A DNA stretch of 64,000 nucleotides from an uncultured Clostridia bacterium (GCA_934169575.1 CAKPOA010000005.1:5797-69796), one strand, 5' to 3'; shown: positions 48,464-59,438, counted from the first letter of the stretch. Numbers and translations are program-made. Notes: a model not told the origin generated them from the letters alone.

Positions 48464-48572
48464 ATATTTTCCCTCCAAATTAATTTGCTTTTCCAGCTCC
48501 TACAGTTAGAGTACAACATTGCATTATTTTTGTCAATACAATTTATGTTATTTTATTATATTTTTAAAAATA

Positions 48573-48616
48573 ACCTCTGAAATGTACTGATATATCAATA
48601 CTTTCAGAGGTCTTTA
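48573..48616 (-). terminator. Terminator after tRNA-Met
   Basis: CCTCTGAAA...TTTCAGAGG hairpin followed by TTATTTTT on the minus strand. Confidence 0.6.
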
Positions 48617-48620
48617 TTTT

Positions 48621-48697
48621 TGGTAGCGATGGTGGGACTTGAACCTACGACCTGCCGGGTATGAACCGGATGCTCTAGCCAGCTGAGCTACATCGCC
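48621..48697 (-). tRNA. tRNA with CAT anticodon (elongator Met-like; Ile2/lysidine not excluded)
   Basis: The reverse complement GGCGATGTAGCTCAGCTGGCTAGAGCATCCGGTTCATACCCGGCAGGTCGTAGGTTCAAGTCCCACCATCGCTACCA folds as a cloverleaf with an encoded CCA. One A-C mismatch in the T stem. Confidence 0.85.
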
Positions 48698-48810
48698 TTG
48701 TCAACAATAAATATTATAACTTCTAAAATCACATTTGTCAATAGTTTCAAAAGAAAAAATTTGCAAAATTCCAAAAAATACATTATACTTAATTTATGAG
48801 GTGATAAAAA

Positions 48811-49440
48811 ATGAATAAATCAAATGTAGAACAAATAATTATAAATTTAAAAAAGCAATATCCAGATGCAAAATGTAGTTTAGATTTTAGTACACCTTTT
48901 GAGCTTGTTGTAGCTGTAATGCTATCAGCACAATGTACTGATGAAAGAGTAAATAAAACTACACCAACATTATTTAAAAAATGTAAAACAATAGAAGATT
49001 TCGCAAATATAGATATTAAAGAATTAGAAGATATTATTCATCCATGTGGCTTTTATAGAAATAAAGCAAAAAATATAAAACTATGTGCTAACCAAATATT
49101 AAATAAATTTAATGGTGAAGTTCCATCAAATATGGATGATTTACTTAGTTTGGCAGGTGTTGGTAGAAAAAGTGCAAATGTAATTTTACTTGAAGTTTTT
49201 GGAATTGCAACAGGTATTGCTGTAGATACTCATTGCAAAAGAATTTCTAATAGACTTGGGATTTCTTCTGAAAAAGATCCAAATAAAATAGAACAAGATT
49301 TATTAAAACAAATTAATAAAAAATATTTAAAAGATGTTAACCATCTGTTTATTTGGCATGGTAGATATACTTGTACAGCACAAAATCCTAAATGTAATAA
49401 TTGTGTTCTGAAAGATATTTGTACATATAAAAAGCAATAA
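48811..49440 (+). CDS. nth: Endonuclease III
   Basis: HhH-GPD motif (LAGVGRKSANVIL) and 4Fe-4S loop C-x6-C-x2-C-x5-C (CTAQNPKCNNCVLKDIC). Confidence 0.9.
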   Translation: MNKSNVEQIIINLKKQYPDAKCSLDFSTPFELVVAVMLSAQCTDERVNKTTPTLFKKCKTIEDFANIDIKELEDIIHPCGFYRNKAKNIKLCANQILNKFNGEVPSNMDDLLSLAGVGRKSANVILLEVFGIATGIAVDTHCKRISNRLGISSEKDPNKIEQDLLKQINKKYLKDVNHLFIWHGRYTCTAQNPKCNNCVLKDICTYKKQ

Positions 49441-49443
49441 ATA

Positions 49444-49470
49444 AAAACAGGATTAACCCTCCTGTTTTTA
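49444..49470. terminator. Bidirectional terminator (nth / pilin-like gene)
   Basis: AAAAACAGG-ATTAACCCT-CCTGTTTTT. Confidence 0.65.
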
Positions 49471-49471
49471 T

Positions 49472-49609
49472 TTATTCACTATATGTTTCTGTTGTTCCAT
49501 CATTCCATATTATTTTATCTCCTGTCTTCAATCCCCAAATGCTATAATCAGATCTTTTAGGTTGATTTATATTTATAACGAAACCTGTCGATATTCCGTT
49601 CAAAAACAT
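49472..49609 (-). other. Out-of-frame 45-codon continuation of the pilin-like/LRR gene
   Basis: The alternative frame reads ...NGISTGFVININQPKRSDYSIWGLKTGDKIIWNDGTTETYSE and stops 2 nt before the terminator hairpin. It joins the annotated frame near GAACGG (49596-49601). Confidence 0.45.
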
Positions 49610-50801
49610 TTACCCCAATATTCTTTACTGATGCAGGAATATAAATTTCAGTTAATGAACACGACTGAAATGCATATTCACCTATACTTGTTACACCCTC
49701 TAAAATTTCAACTTTCTTTAGATTCTTACAGCTCACAAAAGCATACGCTCCAATATTTCCAGATATTGAACCTATTGTATTTAAACTTTCACATTCATAA
49801 AAAGCATCTGAACCTATTTTCTTAACTGAAGATGGAATTTTAACTTCTTCAACACTTAATTTAGTAAAAAAACTATTTGGTATTTCTGTTATCTTTTCTG
49901 GTAATACCACCTTTTTTAATTTTTTAAAATTATGATATTCTCCTAACTGTGTAGTTCCAATAATTTTTTCTACTGTATTTGGATATATTATTGTTCCAAT
50001 ATTTGGTAATGAAACTGTTCCCTTTTGTTCTCCATCTTCAACATAGGTTTGTGTTAAATCTACTTCAACAACTTTATATGATTTTCCATCAATGTTTACC
50101 TGTGCTGGGATTACTAATTTATCACTATTATATATACTTTCATAATTTATTCCATATTGTGTTTCGTCTCCTTGTTTATATTCAGTACCATATAGATATT
50201 CTGGTTTTATTCCTTTAATTCTAGCCGTTTCAGATGGGAGCTTATCAATTCCATTTTCGGATGCAACTTGTATATTGTTAGATGCTCCATTTGTAGGTAT
50301 AACTTCTTTTATAAAAATATCATCTGGTGCAACTTCGCTTTCTTCAACTTTTTCAGAATATACACCATCTACAATAACATCATGATTTCCGCCTGAACTA
50401 CTATCATCTTTCTTACCAACACTTAAATCTAAATTAACATATACTTTCGCATCTTCTTTTGGAAATATTATATTTGTTGGAAATGTATTTGCTTCAGCTG
50501 TTACATCAGTTCTTGAGTTATCACTATTTACTTGTGCTGCAACTCTGTCTGGAGTTATATTATCATTTTTACCTTTTTCATCAATTTGCAAAGCAAGTAT
50601 TGCTCTTCTTACTTCTTCTTCTAAAGTTGCTTGTCCATTTATTTTTTGAGCATTTCCTGCCCTGTTTAGTATTCCATTTTGACCTGATAGCATTATCAAA
50701 CTTATTGCTGCTAAAATTATCAACACAATTATAGTTATGACTAGCGCTATTAATGTAATACCTTTTCTGTTTTTTAAGTTTTCACTTTTGTTTCTTTTCA
50801 T
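49557..50801 (-). CDS. Prepilin-type N-terminal domain protein with C-terminal BspA-type leucine-rich repeats (probably frameshifted at the 3' end)
   Basis: N-terminus KGITLIALVITIIVLIILAAISL (pilin-like signal with Ala at +5), and C-terminal repeats such as IPSSVKKIGSDAFYECESL and GVTSIGEYAFQSCSLTEIYIPASVKNIG. Confidence 0.7.
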   Translation of the reverse strand: MKRNKSENLKNRKGITLIALVITIIVLIILAAISLIMLSGQNGILNRAGNAQKINGQATLEEEVRRAILALQIDEKGKNDNITPDRVAAQVNSDNSRTDVTAEANTFPTNIIFPKEDAKVYVNLDLSVGKKDDSSSGGNHDVIVDGVYSEKVEESEVAPDDIFIKEVIPTNGASNNIQVASENGIDKLPSETARIKGIKPEYLYGTEYKQGDETQYGINYESIYNSDKLVIPAQVNIDGKSYKVVEVDLTQTYVEDGEQKGTVSLPNIGTIIYPNTVEKIIGTTQLGEYHNFKKLKKVVLPEKITEIPNSFFTKLSVEEVKIPSSVKKIGSDAFYECESLNTIGSISGNIGAYAFVSCKNLKKVEILEGVTSIGEYAFQSCSLTEIYIPASVKNIGVNVFERNIDRFRYKYKST

Positions 50802-50877
50802 TTTTTCCTCCTAATCTAATAATGTTAAGTCAAAAAACTTGACGTTATTATTAAATTTTTTTACAAAAGGTAGTCTA

Positions 50878-53031
50878 TCACTTTAAATCATTATTGTCAA
50901 TAGAATTTCTTAATAATTTTAAAGCTTTTTCATATGTATCTTTATAATTTTCTAAAGTCATTTCTGATGCGACTTTTCCCATCAAATTTTTATCATATTC
51001 AATTATTCTAAATGCAGTATCTTTGTATTCACTTACAACAATTTCAAGTAACCCTTTAGGTTCTTGTCCTGATTTTTCATAGATATTCATAATAATATCT
51101 GTACGTTTTTGTGTCTGAACAATATTGTATAATCTTTCAGGAGTAACATTTTTTAAAACTTGTATTAATAGATCAATATTTTTCTTTTTTTCTGTTTCAT
51201 CTAATTCAAGTAATAAATTCCCCCATATTTCATATATTGAATTTTGTTGACTATATGGCTCATTTTTTATATATTGCTTTATTTTCTCTATTTTTTGTTC
51301 ATTAGACATATTTTTGCAAACAATATCATTAAATTGATATTGTTCTATCCATGGTGCAATATTTATATTTCCATTATTAAATGAAGTTATTGTACCACAA
51401 ATATTGCCTATAGTTATAATACTGAAAATAAATATTAAAATGCATTCTATTATATTTGTATTTTTATTTATTTTTTTATCTTCAATATTTATTATTGAAA
51501 TAAATAAGAAGTATAAAATTATCATTATTAAATATGACATATCAAAATCCATCATACTATGTAAAAAAATCATAACAAATCCAATAAATAAAGGCAATAT
51601 TGTTTTATTATTTTTTAATTTAAATCCATTTTTCAAAGTTATACAAACTATACATATATATGACAATATTCCAATTATTCCAAATGACATTATTATTTCT
51701 AAAATATAACTATGCACCTCTTTTGCATAATATAAATAACTTTGAACCTGCCCATATAACATTCTCCAAGTATTTCCGCCAGCTCCAAATAACCAATGTT
51801 TTTTTGCAATTTTTATTCCATCTTGCCAAAAATCCAATCTTTGATATGCACCTGTATATTTAAAATTAAATGTTACAAACATTCTAACTAATGGCTCTGG
51901 TATTATCTTATATTCTAAAATATATGGCTTATCATTTATTTTAAAATCTTTTATTGTAATTTCTTGATTTAGCGGATTTATTATTCTAACTTCTAAATGA
52001 GATAATAGTTCATCTGTCTGTATTTCAACACTTTTCCACCCATTATATTCCGCAAATGATAATATTCCTAATTGTTTTTCTGAAGAATATTTTGTAATTT
52101 CAACAATTATTATTTTAAAACTATCATAATCTTGATCTGATTTTGCATCAATATTAAAATCTAATTTATATTTTGCATTTTTTTCAAACATCCTTACAAT
52201 ACAATTTTTTTGGCTTTCTGTTACAACCAAATCTTTAGGTATTTGTATAGCAATAAAAAAGTATATAAAAAATAGTATTATTCCCAAAATGCCAATTACA
52301 ATCCACTTTTTTGAAATAGTTTTATTTCTTATCCTTAATATCACATAAATTAATACTATTAAACTACATAAAGCAATTACTGCTTTTGATGTTGTAAGAC
52401 CAAGTGTTATTGTTATTATAATAATATGTAATAAATACAAAACTTTTAAAAACTTTTTTTGTTCTTGCTTGTACATTGATATAGTTAAAAAATCAATTAT
52501 AGCAAGATATATTGCAAATGTATTTGCATATCCAAATATAGATATCATTCTTGAATCAGTAAGTTTTACAGAGTCTATTTTGTCTAAGATGTTTTCGAAC
52601 AAATTTATATTTAGTAATTTATCATAACCTAATATTATTGGAATTATTGAAGAAATAATTAAAGTTTTAATAAATATATTTATTTGCTTTTTTTGTGTTA
52701 TAGTATTTCTAGCTATTATATAAATTCCATATACACTCCAATATTTTAATATAAAATTTATAGTACCATTTAATGATACATATGTTTTAGCAATTAGAGG
52801 TATCATTGTAGATATCATAAAAACTAATACACATATATCAATTTTGCTTTTTATTATAACATTTTTTTCTTTTTGTACCTTTTTTATTACAATATAAATT
52901 ATTGATACAATACTCATAAAAAATTGCATTATCCATATTGGTTCTTTAATATTAGAACCAATAAAAATGTTTGCCATCACAATTGTTACTAATATTGATA
53001 CAAATCCAAATTTATCTGTTTTATTCATCAT
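50878..53031 (-). CDS. O-antigen ligase/polymerase-like (Wzy_C) polytopic membrane protein with soluble C-terminal domain
   Basis: More than 12 TM segments. The motif region FGAGGNTWRMLYGQVQSYLYYAKEVHSYILEIIMSFGIIG is typical of Wzy_C. Confidence 0.65.
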   Translation of the reverse strand: MMNKTDKFGFVSILVTIVMANIFIGSNIKEPIWIMQFFMSIVSIIYIVIKKVQKEKNVIIKSKIDICVLVFMISTMIPLIAKTYVSLNGTINFILKYWSVYGIYIIARNTITQKKQINIFIKTLIISSIIPIILGYDKLLNINLFENILDKIDSVKLTDSRMISIFGYANTFAIYLAIIDFLTISMYKQEQKKFLKVLYLLHIIIITITLGLTTSKAVIALCSLIVLIYVILRIRNKTISKKWIVIGILGIILFFIYFFIAIQIPKDLVVTESQKNCIVRMFEKNAKYKLDFNIDAKSDQDYDSFKIIIVEITKYSSEKQLGILSFAEYNGWKSVEIQTDELLSHLEVRIINPLNQEITIKDFKINDKPYILEYKIIPEPLVRMFVTFNFKYTGAYQRLDFWQDGIKIAKKHWLFGAGGNTWRMLYGQVQSYLYYAKEVHSYILEIIMSFGIIGILSYICIVCITLKNGFKLKNNKTILPLFIGFVMIFLHSMMDFDMSYLIMIILYFLFISIINIEDKKINKNTNIIECILIFIFSIITIGNICGTITSFNNGNINIAPWIEQYQFNDIVCKNMSNEQKIEKIKQYIKNEPYSQQNSIYEIWGNLLLELDETEKKKNIDLLIQVLKNVTPERLYNIVQTQKRTDIIMNIYEKSGQEPKGLLEIVVSEYKDTAFRIIEYDKNLMGKVASEMTLENYKDTYEKALKLLRNSIDNNDLK

Positions 53032-53045
53032 TTACTCCTTAGTTT

Positions 53046-53837
53046 CTATAAACTCTGTCTAACATATTCATATAATATAACTCCTGTTGCAACTGCAACA
53101 TTTAAGCTTTCAGTTTTTCCTCGCATAGGAATAATAAGTTTTTCATCTGCAAGTTTAATTACAGACTCAGAAACACCATTAGCTTCATTTCCAACAACTA
53201 TAACTTTTTTCTTGTATTTAACATCATAAATAGATTTTTTAGCTTTTAAAGAAGTAACCATTATTTTAAATCCATTATTTTTTGTAAGTGTTAAAGTGTT
53301 ACATAAATCATCACATTCAATAACATTTACTCTAAAAATAGCACCCATTGTAGAACGTATAACTTTAGAATTATAACAATCAACCGTATTTTTAGAAACT
53401 AAAACTTGTTTTAGTCCTATACTATCTATTGTTCTTAAAATAGTTCCTAAATTACCAGGGTCTTGTACATCATCTAAAGCAACAATAATATCTGTATTAA
53501 AATCAATTTTTTTGCTTGCATGACTTTTTTCTATAATTGCCATTATTCCTTGAGGAGTTTCAACATCAGACAAAGTCTTAAAAATATTATGTGGAACTAA
53601 AACACAATCAAATCTAGCTATTTCATATCTTAAATGATTTTCAATCATTTCTGTATTATCTTCACTTTCACAAATAATTATTTTGCTGATTTTAGCATTT
53701 TCATTTATAGCTTCTTTAATCAGTTTTAGTCCCTCAACAACATATTCTCCATATTGTTGTCTGTATTTTTTTTCTTTCAATTTTTTTATATGTTTAATTA
53801 AACTATTGTCTTTACTAGAAATTCTCTGCATTTTCAA
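53046..53837 (-). CDS. TrmH/SpoU family RNA 2'-O-methyltransferase
   Basis: SpoU motifs DVQDPGNLGTILRT, VVGNEANGVS and ESLNVAVATGVILYE. Confidence 0.8.
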   Translation of the reverse strand: MKMQRISSKDNSLIKHIKKLKEKKYRQQYGEYVVEGLKLIKEAINENAKISKIIICESEDNTEMIENHLRYEIARFDCVLVPHNIFKTLSDVETPQGIMAIIEKSHASKKIDFNTDIIVALDDVQDPGNLGTILRTIDSIGLKQVLVSKNTVDCYNSKVIRSTMGAIFRVNVIECDDLCNTLTLTKNNGFKIMVTSLKAKKSIYDVKYKKKVIVVGNEANGVSESVIKLADEKLIIPMRGKTESLNVAVATGVILYEYVRQSL

Positions 53838-53851
53838 ACTTTCCTTTCTCT

Positions 53852-55666
53852 TTAGGCATCATCATCTAATTTTAATACTGATAAAAATGCTTCTTGAGGC
53901 ATTTCAACTTTACCAATTTGACGCATCTTTTCTTTACCCCTTTTTTGTTTTTCCAACAATTTTTTCTTTCTTGTAATATCTCCACCATAGCATTTTGCAA
54001 GAACATCTTTTCTAAGTGCTGAAATAGTTTCTCTTGCAATAATAGTTCCACCTATTGCAGCTTGAATAGGAATTGTAAACAATTGTCTTGGAATAACAGT
54101 TTTTAATTTTTCAACCATTTTTCTTCCTCTATTATATGCCATATCTTTATGAACAATAAATGAAAGTGCATCAACATTTTCTCCATTTACCTTTATATCT
54201 AATTTAACCAAATTAGCTTTTCTATATTCTTTAAATTCATAATCAAAAGATGCATAACCTTTTGTTTTAGATTTCAAATTATCAAAAAAGTCATAAATAA
54301 TCTCATTAAGTGGCATTTCATAAATTAATGAAACCCTATTTTCATCAAGATATTTCATATCAACATAATTACCTCTTCTATTTTGACACATTTCCATTAT
54401 TCCACCAACATAATCTTTTGGAGTTATAATATTTGCTGTAACAACAGGTTCTTCAATAAATTGAATTTCTGCAGCTCCAGGTAAATCACTCGGATTATAT
54501 ATCTCCAAAATTTCTCCATTTGTTTTATAAACTTTATAAATTACAGATGGTGCTGTAGTAATTAGTCCTAAATCAAATTCCCTGTCTAATCTTTCTTCAA
54601 TAATTTCTAAATGTAGTAACCCTAAAAATCCACATCTAAATCCAAAACCTAATGCAGCAGATGTTTCCTGTTCAAAATCAAGTGCTGCATCATTTAATTT
54701 TAATTTTTCTAAAGCGATTTTTAAATCTTCATATTGACTACCATCTATAGGGTAAATTCCACAATATACCATTGGTGTTACTTTTTTATATCCATCTAAT
54801 GGTTTATCAACAGGATTATTTTTTAATGTTATTGTATCACCAACTTGAATTTCTGATAAACTTTTTATACTTGCTGCAACATATCCAACTTCACCTGCTT
54901 TTAATTCTTTACATGGCATATATGAACCAGGTAAAAAATATCCAACTTCAGTTACTATAAAAGAATCATTTGATGCCATTAGTTTAATTTCATCACCTGT
55001 TTTTATTTTACCATCAAAAACTCTTATATATGCAACAGCTCCTTTGTAATTATCATAATATGAATCAAAAATCAAACATTTTGTTTTTGCCATTTCATCA
55101 CCTACAGGTGCAGGCAAATCTGTAACAATCTTTTCTAAAACTTGTTTAACATTTAATCCTGTTTTAGCAGAAATACAAGGAGCATCTTCTGCAGGAAGAC
55201 CTATAATATCTTCAATTTCTTTTTTTACCTCATCTGGTCTAGCACTTGCTAAATCAACTTTATTTATTACAGGTATAACTTCTAAATTATTATCAATTGC
55301 CAAATATACATTTGCAAGTGTCTGTGCTTCAACACCTTGAGTACTATCAACAATTAAAATTGCTCCATCACATGCAGCTAAACTCCTTGAAACTTCATAA
55401 TTAAAATCAACATGACCAGGTGTATCAATTAAATTAAAAGTATATTCATTTCCATCATCAGCTTTATATTTCATTCTAACAGATTGAGCTTTTATTGTAA
55501 TTCCTCTTTCTTTTTCAATATCCATATTATCTAAAACCTGTGATTCCATTTCTCTTTTAGATAATACACCTGTCATTTCAATCATTCTATCTGCTAATGT
55601 TGATTTTCCATGATCTATATGTGCAACAATACTAAAATTTCTTATATATTTTTGATATTCGTTCAT
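53852..55666 (-). CDS. lepA: Elongation factor 4
   Basis: [32 protein letters not shown] and the LepA C-terminal domain. Confidence 0.95.
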   Translation of the reverse strand: MNEYQKYIRNFSIVAHIDHGKSTLADRMIEMTGVLSKREMESQVLDNMDIEKERGITIKAQSVRMKYKADDGNEYTFNLIDTPGHVDFNYEVSRSLAACDGAILIVDSTQGVEAQTLANVYLAIDNNLEVIPVINKVDLASARPDEVKKEIEDIIGLPAEDAPCISAKTGLNVKQVLEKIVTDLPAPVGDEMAKTKCLIFDSYYDNYKGAVAYIRVFDGKIKTGDEIKLMASNDSFIVTEVGYFLPGSYMPCKELKAGEVGYVAASIKSLSEIQVGDTITLKNNPVDKPLDGYKKVTPMVYCGIYPIDGSQYEDLKIALEKLKLNDAALDFEQETSAALGFGFRCGFLGLLHLEIIEERLDREFDLGLITTAPSVIYKVYKTNGEILEIYNPSDLPGAAEIQFIEEPVVTANIITPKDYVGGIMEMCQNRRGNYVDMKYLDENRVSLIYEMPLNEIIYDFFDNLKSKTKGYASFDYEFKEYRKANLVKLDIKVNGENVDALSFIVHKDMAYNRGRKMVEKLKTVIPRQLFTIPIQAAIGGTIIARETISALRKDVLAKCYGGDITRKKKLLEKQKRGKEKMRQIGKVEMPQEAFLSVLKLDDDA

Positions 55667-55676
55667 TTATCCTCCA

Positions 55677-58600
55677 TTATTTAATTACTTCAACATCAAA
55701 CAATATTTTTTCACCATTTATTGGTGTTTCAACATAATTTTTACTATCAACATTATAATATATATTATCTGCTAAAGTATCATGTTTTATATCTGTTTCA
55801 AATCTTTTAATAATTTCTTCAATCTCTGAATTATTTGAAACATAAATATTTATTCTATCAAGTACTTCAAATCCGCGATCTTTTCTCATATTTTGAATTT
55901 TTGAAAGAATTTCACGTACAATTCCTTCTACTCTCAATTCTTCAGTAATATGAGTATCTAAAACAACACCCATTTCACCTTCTCCAGCAAAAGCAAATCC
56001 TTCTTTACCTTGCATTGTTACAAGTAGATTTTCTTTTGATAAGGCTATTTGATTATCGTCAATTTCAATATATTCAAATTTTCCTTCTTGAACTTTTACA
56101 GCTAAATCCATTTGATTGAATTTTGCTATTTCTTGTTTAATACGAGGAATCAATTTTCCATATTGTTTTCCCAGTACAGGTAAATTAGGTTTAATTTCAA
56201 AACTAACAAATTCTTTCATATCTGCACCTAACACAACATTTTTAACATTTAATTCATCTTTTATTATATCACTATAATATTCTGGAATATTTTTTACAGA
56301 AATAAGCATTTCTGATAATGGTTGTCTATTTTTAATATTTACAGAATTTCTAGCACTTCTACCTAATTTAACAATTTTATATGTTAAATCCATTTCTTTT
56401 TCTAATTTCTCATCAACAAGATTTCCATCAAACTCTGGCCATAAACATAAATGTACACTTTCAGGTGCATTTTTATCTAGACCAACAACAAGATTTTGAT
56501 AAATTTCTTCTGAAATAAATGGTACAAATGGTGCTGATATTTTAGAAATAGTTGTTAATACTTTGTATAGTGTTACATAAGCGCCTATTTTATCATCATT
56601 TAATTCAGAACCCCAGAATCTTTCTCTATTTCTTCTTACATACCAATTTGATAATTCATCAACAAATTCTCCAAGTTCTATTGCTGAATTTGTTACATCA
56701 TATTTATCTAATTTATCATCTATATCTTTTACTAATGTATTTAATTTAGACATTATCCATTTATCCATAACATTTTCAGATTTAAAATCAATATATTCTA
56801 ATGGATTAAATTTGTCAATTTCAGCATATAGTACAAAAAATGAATAAACATTCCATAAAGTACTTATAAATCCTCTTTGAGTTTCTTGTACATTTTCAAG
56901 AGATAACCTTGTTGGAAGCCAAGGAGCTGAGCATGTATAAAAATGCCATCTTGTGCTATCAGCACCTACTGTATCTAATAATAATAATGGATCAACACCA
57001 TTTTTCTTTGATTTTGACATTTTTTGTCCTTTTCCATCTAAAACATGTCCTAAAACTATACAGTTTTCAAAAGGAATTTTTCCAAATATTGCAGTTCCAA
57101 GAGCTGATAATGTATAAAACCATCCTCTTGTTTGGTCAATTGCTTCTGAAATAAATTGTGCTGGAAATTCTTTTTCAAATAAATCTTTATTTTCAAAAGG
57201 ATAATGTAATTGTGCATATGGCATTGAACCAGAATCAAACCAAACATCAATTACTTCTTTAAATCTTTTCATTTCTTTTCCACATTTTTCACATTTTAAA
57301 TGTACATTATCTACATAAGGTTTATGTAGATCAATATCATCTGGACAATCTACAGCTTTATCTTTTAATTCCTGAATTGAACCTATACATTCCATATGTC
57401 CACATTCACATTTCCATACAGGAAGTGGTGTTCCCCAATATCTATCTCTTGAGATTCCCCAATCTATTACATTTTCCAAGAATTTTCCAAACCTTCCAGT
57501 TCTTATAGTATCTGGATACCAATGTACTTTATTATTATTTGCAACAAGTTCGTCTCTTAAACTTGTCATTCTAACAAACCAACTCTCTTTTGGATAATAT
57601 AATAATGGTGTATCACATCTCCAACAATGTGGATATGAGTGCATATGTTTTTCTTTGCTAAATAATTTGTTTTGTTCTTTTAACCATTTGCAAATATCTT
57701 CATTACAATCTCTTACAAATCTTCCAGCCCATGGTTCAACTTCTTTAACAAAATTTCCAGATTTATCAACCAAATTTATAAATGCAATTCCATTTTGTTT
57801 TGAAACTAGACTATCATCTTCACCATATGCTGGTGCAATATGTACAATTCCTGTACCATCTTCAAGATTTACGTAATCTCCATGTATTACAACATATGCT
57901 TTTCCTTCTGGTTTTGCAAATGGCATTAAAGGTTCATATTTTATACCTAATAATTTTTCTCCTTTAAATTCATCTACAATTTCATATGGCATATCTTTTA
58001 CAACTTTTTCTAATAAATCTTTTGCCAATATATAATTTTCAAATTTTGGTTCTTCTTCAGTTCCAATATTTGCTTTTATTTCAACATAATTATATGATTT
58101 ATTTACACATAATGCTAAATTTGATGGTAATGTCCATGGTGTTGTTGTCCAAGCTAAAATATATTTATTTTTTTCTCCTTCTATTTTAAATTTTGCAATA
58201 CAAGTTAAATCTTTAATATCTTTATAACCTTGTGCAACTTCATGTGAAGAAAGTGCGGTTCCACATCTTGGGCAATAAGGCATTACTTTATGACCTTCAT
58301 ATAATAAATTCTTTTTCCATAATTCTTTTATTCCCCACCAAATTGATTCAATATAATCATTATGGTATGTTACATATGGATGTTCCATATCAACCCAATA
58401 TCCAACTTGTTCAGTCATTTTTTCCCAAGCATCAACATATTTAAATACACTATCTCTGCATTCTGTAACAAATTTTTCTACACCATATTTTTCTATTTGT
58501 TCTTTTCCAGATATACCTAATTTTTTTTCTATTTCAAGTTCAACTGGAAGTCCTTGTGTATCCCAACCTGCTTTTCTTGGTACATAATAACCTTTCATTA

Positions 58601-58817
58601 CTTTATATCTAGGAATTATGTCTTTCATAACTCTTGTTTCTATATGTCCAATATGTGGCATTCCATTTGCTGTTGGTGGTCCATCATAAAATGTAAAATA
58701 TCTTTTTCCTTTATTCATATCAAAATTCTTTTTTATGATATTTTTTTCTTTCCACATTTTTGCTACATTTTTTTCCATACCTGCAAATCCATCAGGCAAT
58801 TCTACTTTTTTATACAT
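55677..58817 (-). CDS. ileS: Isoleucyl-tRNA synthetase (long, type 2-like, 1046 aa)
   Basis: [12 protein letters not shown] (HIGH) and KMSKSKKN motifs, plus a CP1 editing domain. Confidence 0.95.
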   Translation of the reverse strand: MYKKVELPDGFAGMEKNVAKMWKEKNIIKKNFDMNKGKRYFTFYDGPPTANGMPHIGHIETRVMKDIIPRYKVMKGYYVPRKAGWDTQGLPVELEIEKKLGISGKEQIEKYGVEKFVTECRDSVFKYVDAWEKMTEQVGYWVDMEHPYVTYHNDYIESIWWGIKELWKKNLLYEGHKVMPYCPRCGTALSSHEVAQGYKDIKDLTCIAKFKIEGEKNKYILAWTTTPWTLPSNLALCVNKSYNYVEIKANIGTEEEPKFENYILAKDLLEKVVKDMPYEIVDEFKGEKLLGIKYEPLMPFAKPEGKAYVVIHGDYVNLEDGTGIVHIAPAYGEDDSLVSKQNGIAFINLVDKSGNFVKEVEPWAGRFVRDCNEDICKWLKEQNKLFSKEKHMHSYPHCWRCDTPLLYYPKESWFVRMTSLRDELVANNNKVHWYPDTIRTGRFGKFLENVIDWGISRDRYWGTPLPVWKCECGHMECIGSIQELKDKAVDCPDDIDLHKPYVDNVHLKCEKCGKEMKRFKEVIDVWFDSGSMPYAQLHYPFENKDLFEKEFPAQFISEAIDQTRGWFYTLSALGTAIFGKIPFENCIVLGHVLDGKGQKMSKSKKNGVDPLLLLDTVGADSTRWHFYTCSAPWLPTRLSLENVQETQRGFISTLWNVYSFFVLYAEIDKFNPLEYIDFKSENVMDKWIMSKLNTLVKDIDDKLDKYDVTNSAIELGEFVDELSNWYVRRNRERFWGSELNDDKIGAYVTLYKVLTTISKISAPFVPFISEEIYQNLVVGLDKNAPESVHLCLWPEFDGNLVDEKLEKEMDLTYKIVKLGRSARNSVNIKNRQPLSEMLISVKNIPEYYSDIIKDELNVKNVVLGADMKEFVSFEIKPNLPVLGKQYGKLIPRIKQEIAKFNQMDLAVKVQEGKFEYIEIDDNQIALSKENLLVTMQGKEGFAFAGEGEMGVVLDTHITEELRVEGIVREILSKIQNMRKDRGFEVLDRINIYVSNNSEIEEIIKRFETDIKHDTLADNIYYNVDSKNYVETPINGEKILFDVEVIK

Positions 58818-58829
58818 ACAAATTCCTCC

Positions 58830-58943
58830 CTATTCTTTTGGCTTATCATTTTCTTTATTTTTTCTTTTTTGATGTTTTAAAGTATATATATATCCTAATA
58901 TTGAGCCAATTATAAATAATATTATACATAAAGGCCAATTCAT
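58830..58943 (-). CDS. 37-aa single-TM micro-ORF upstream of ileS (not in ORF track)
   Basis: GGAGATGATAAA followed by ATG at 58943. It translates to MNWPLCIILFIIGSILGYIYTLKHQKRKNKENDKPKE, and its TAG stop overlaps the ileS RBS (TAGGGAGGA). Confidence 0.4.
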   Translation of the reverse strand: MNWPLCIILFIIGSILGYIYTLKHQKRKNKENDKPKE

Positions 58944-58964
58944 TTTATCATCTCCTATTTATAT

Positions 58965-59317
58965 AATAAAAAAAGAGTAAATCTGTAAGCCGGGTTCTGT
59001 CATTTAAATTAGTCATTTATCTAGGACATATATCACTATATGCCTCAAGCCACGCATTTAAGAAGTGCCGAGCAAGCATATCTTCTCATTTAGGTGTTGC
59101 TCCAGATGGGGTTTACATTGACCCAGTATGTCACCATACTAGCGGTAAGCTCTTACCTCACCTTTTCACCCTTACCACTTTTGTGGCGGTTATTTTCTGT
59201 TGCACTTTCCTTAAGGTCACCCTCACTAGACGTTATCTAGCATCATCGCTCTATGGAGCCCAGACTTTCCTCTCGTAATTCCTTTCGAAATTTACCAGCG
59301 ACTAATCAATTTACTCT
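58965..59317 (-). ncRNA. rnpB: RNase P RNA
   Basis: The minus strand contains GAGGAAAGTCTGGGCTCC, ACAGAAAATAACCGCC, GGTAAGGGTGAAAAGGTGAGGTAAGAGCTTACC and ACAGAACCCGGCTTA. P1 pairs AGAGTAAAT with ATTTACTCT. The region is locally GC-rich. Confidence 0.85.
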
Positions 59318-59372
59318 TTCCCGATTATATCACATATTTTCCTACTTTTCAAGATGTAATCACAATAAATAC

Positions 59373-59401
59373 TTGACTTTATTTCATTTTTGAGTTAATA
59401 T
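59373..59401 (+). promoter_or_regulatory. Candidate sigma-A promoter of clpE
   Basis: TTGACT-N17-TAATAT about 40 nt upstream of the ATG. Confidence 0.4.
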
Positions 59402-59438
59402 ATATTATGTTATTTTAATAAAGAAATGAGGAAAATTT

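Noticed and set aside
59340-59438. CtsR operator upstream of clpE
   Set aside because: I looked for the tandem heptad (A/G)GTCAAA-NAN-(A/G)GTCAAA on both strands. Only a single TTGACT is present, and it is better explained as the -35 box.
58818-59438. Expected T-box leader upstream of ileS
   Set aside because: The GC-rich structured region here carries RNase P RNA signature sequences (GAGGAAAGTC..., ACAGAACCCGGCTTA) and no T-box motif.
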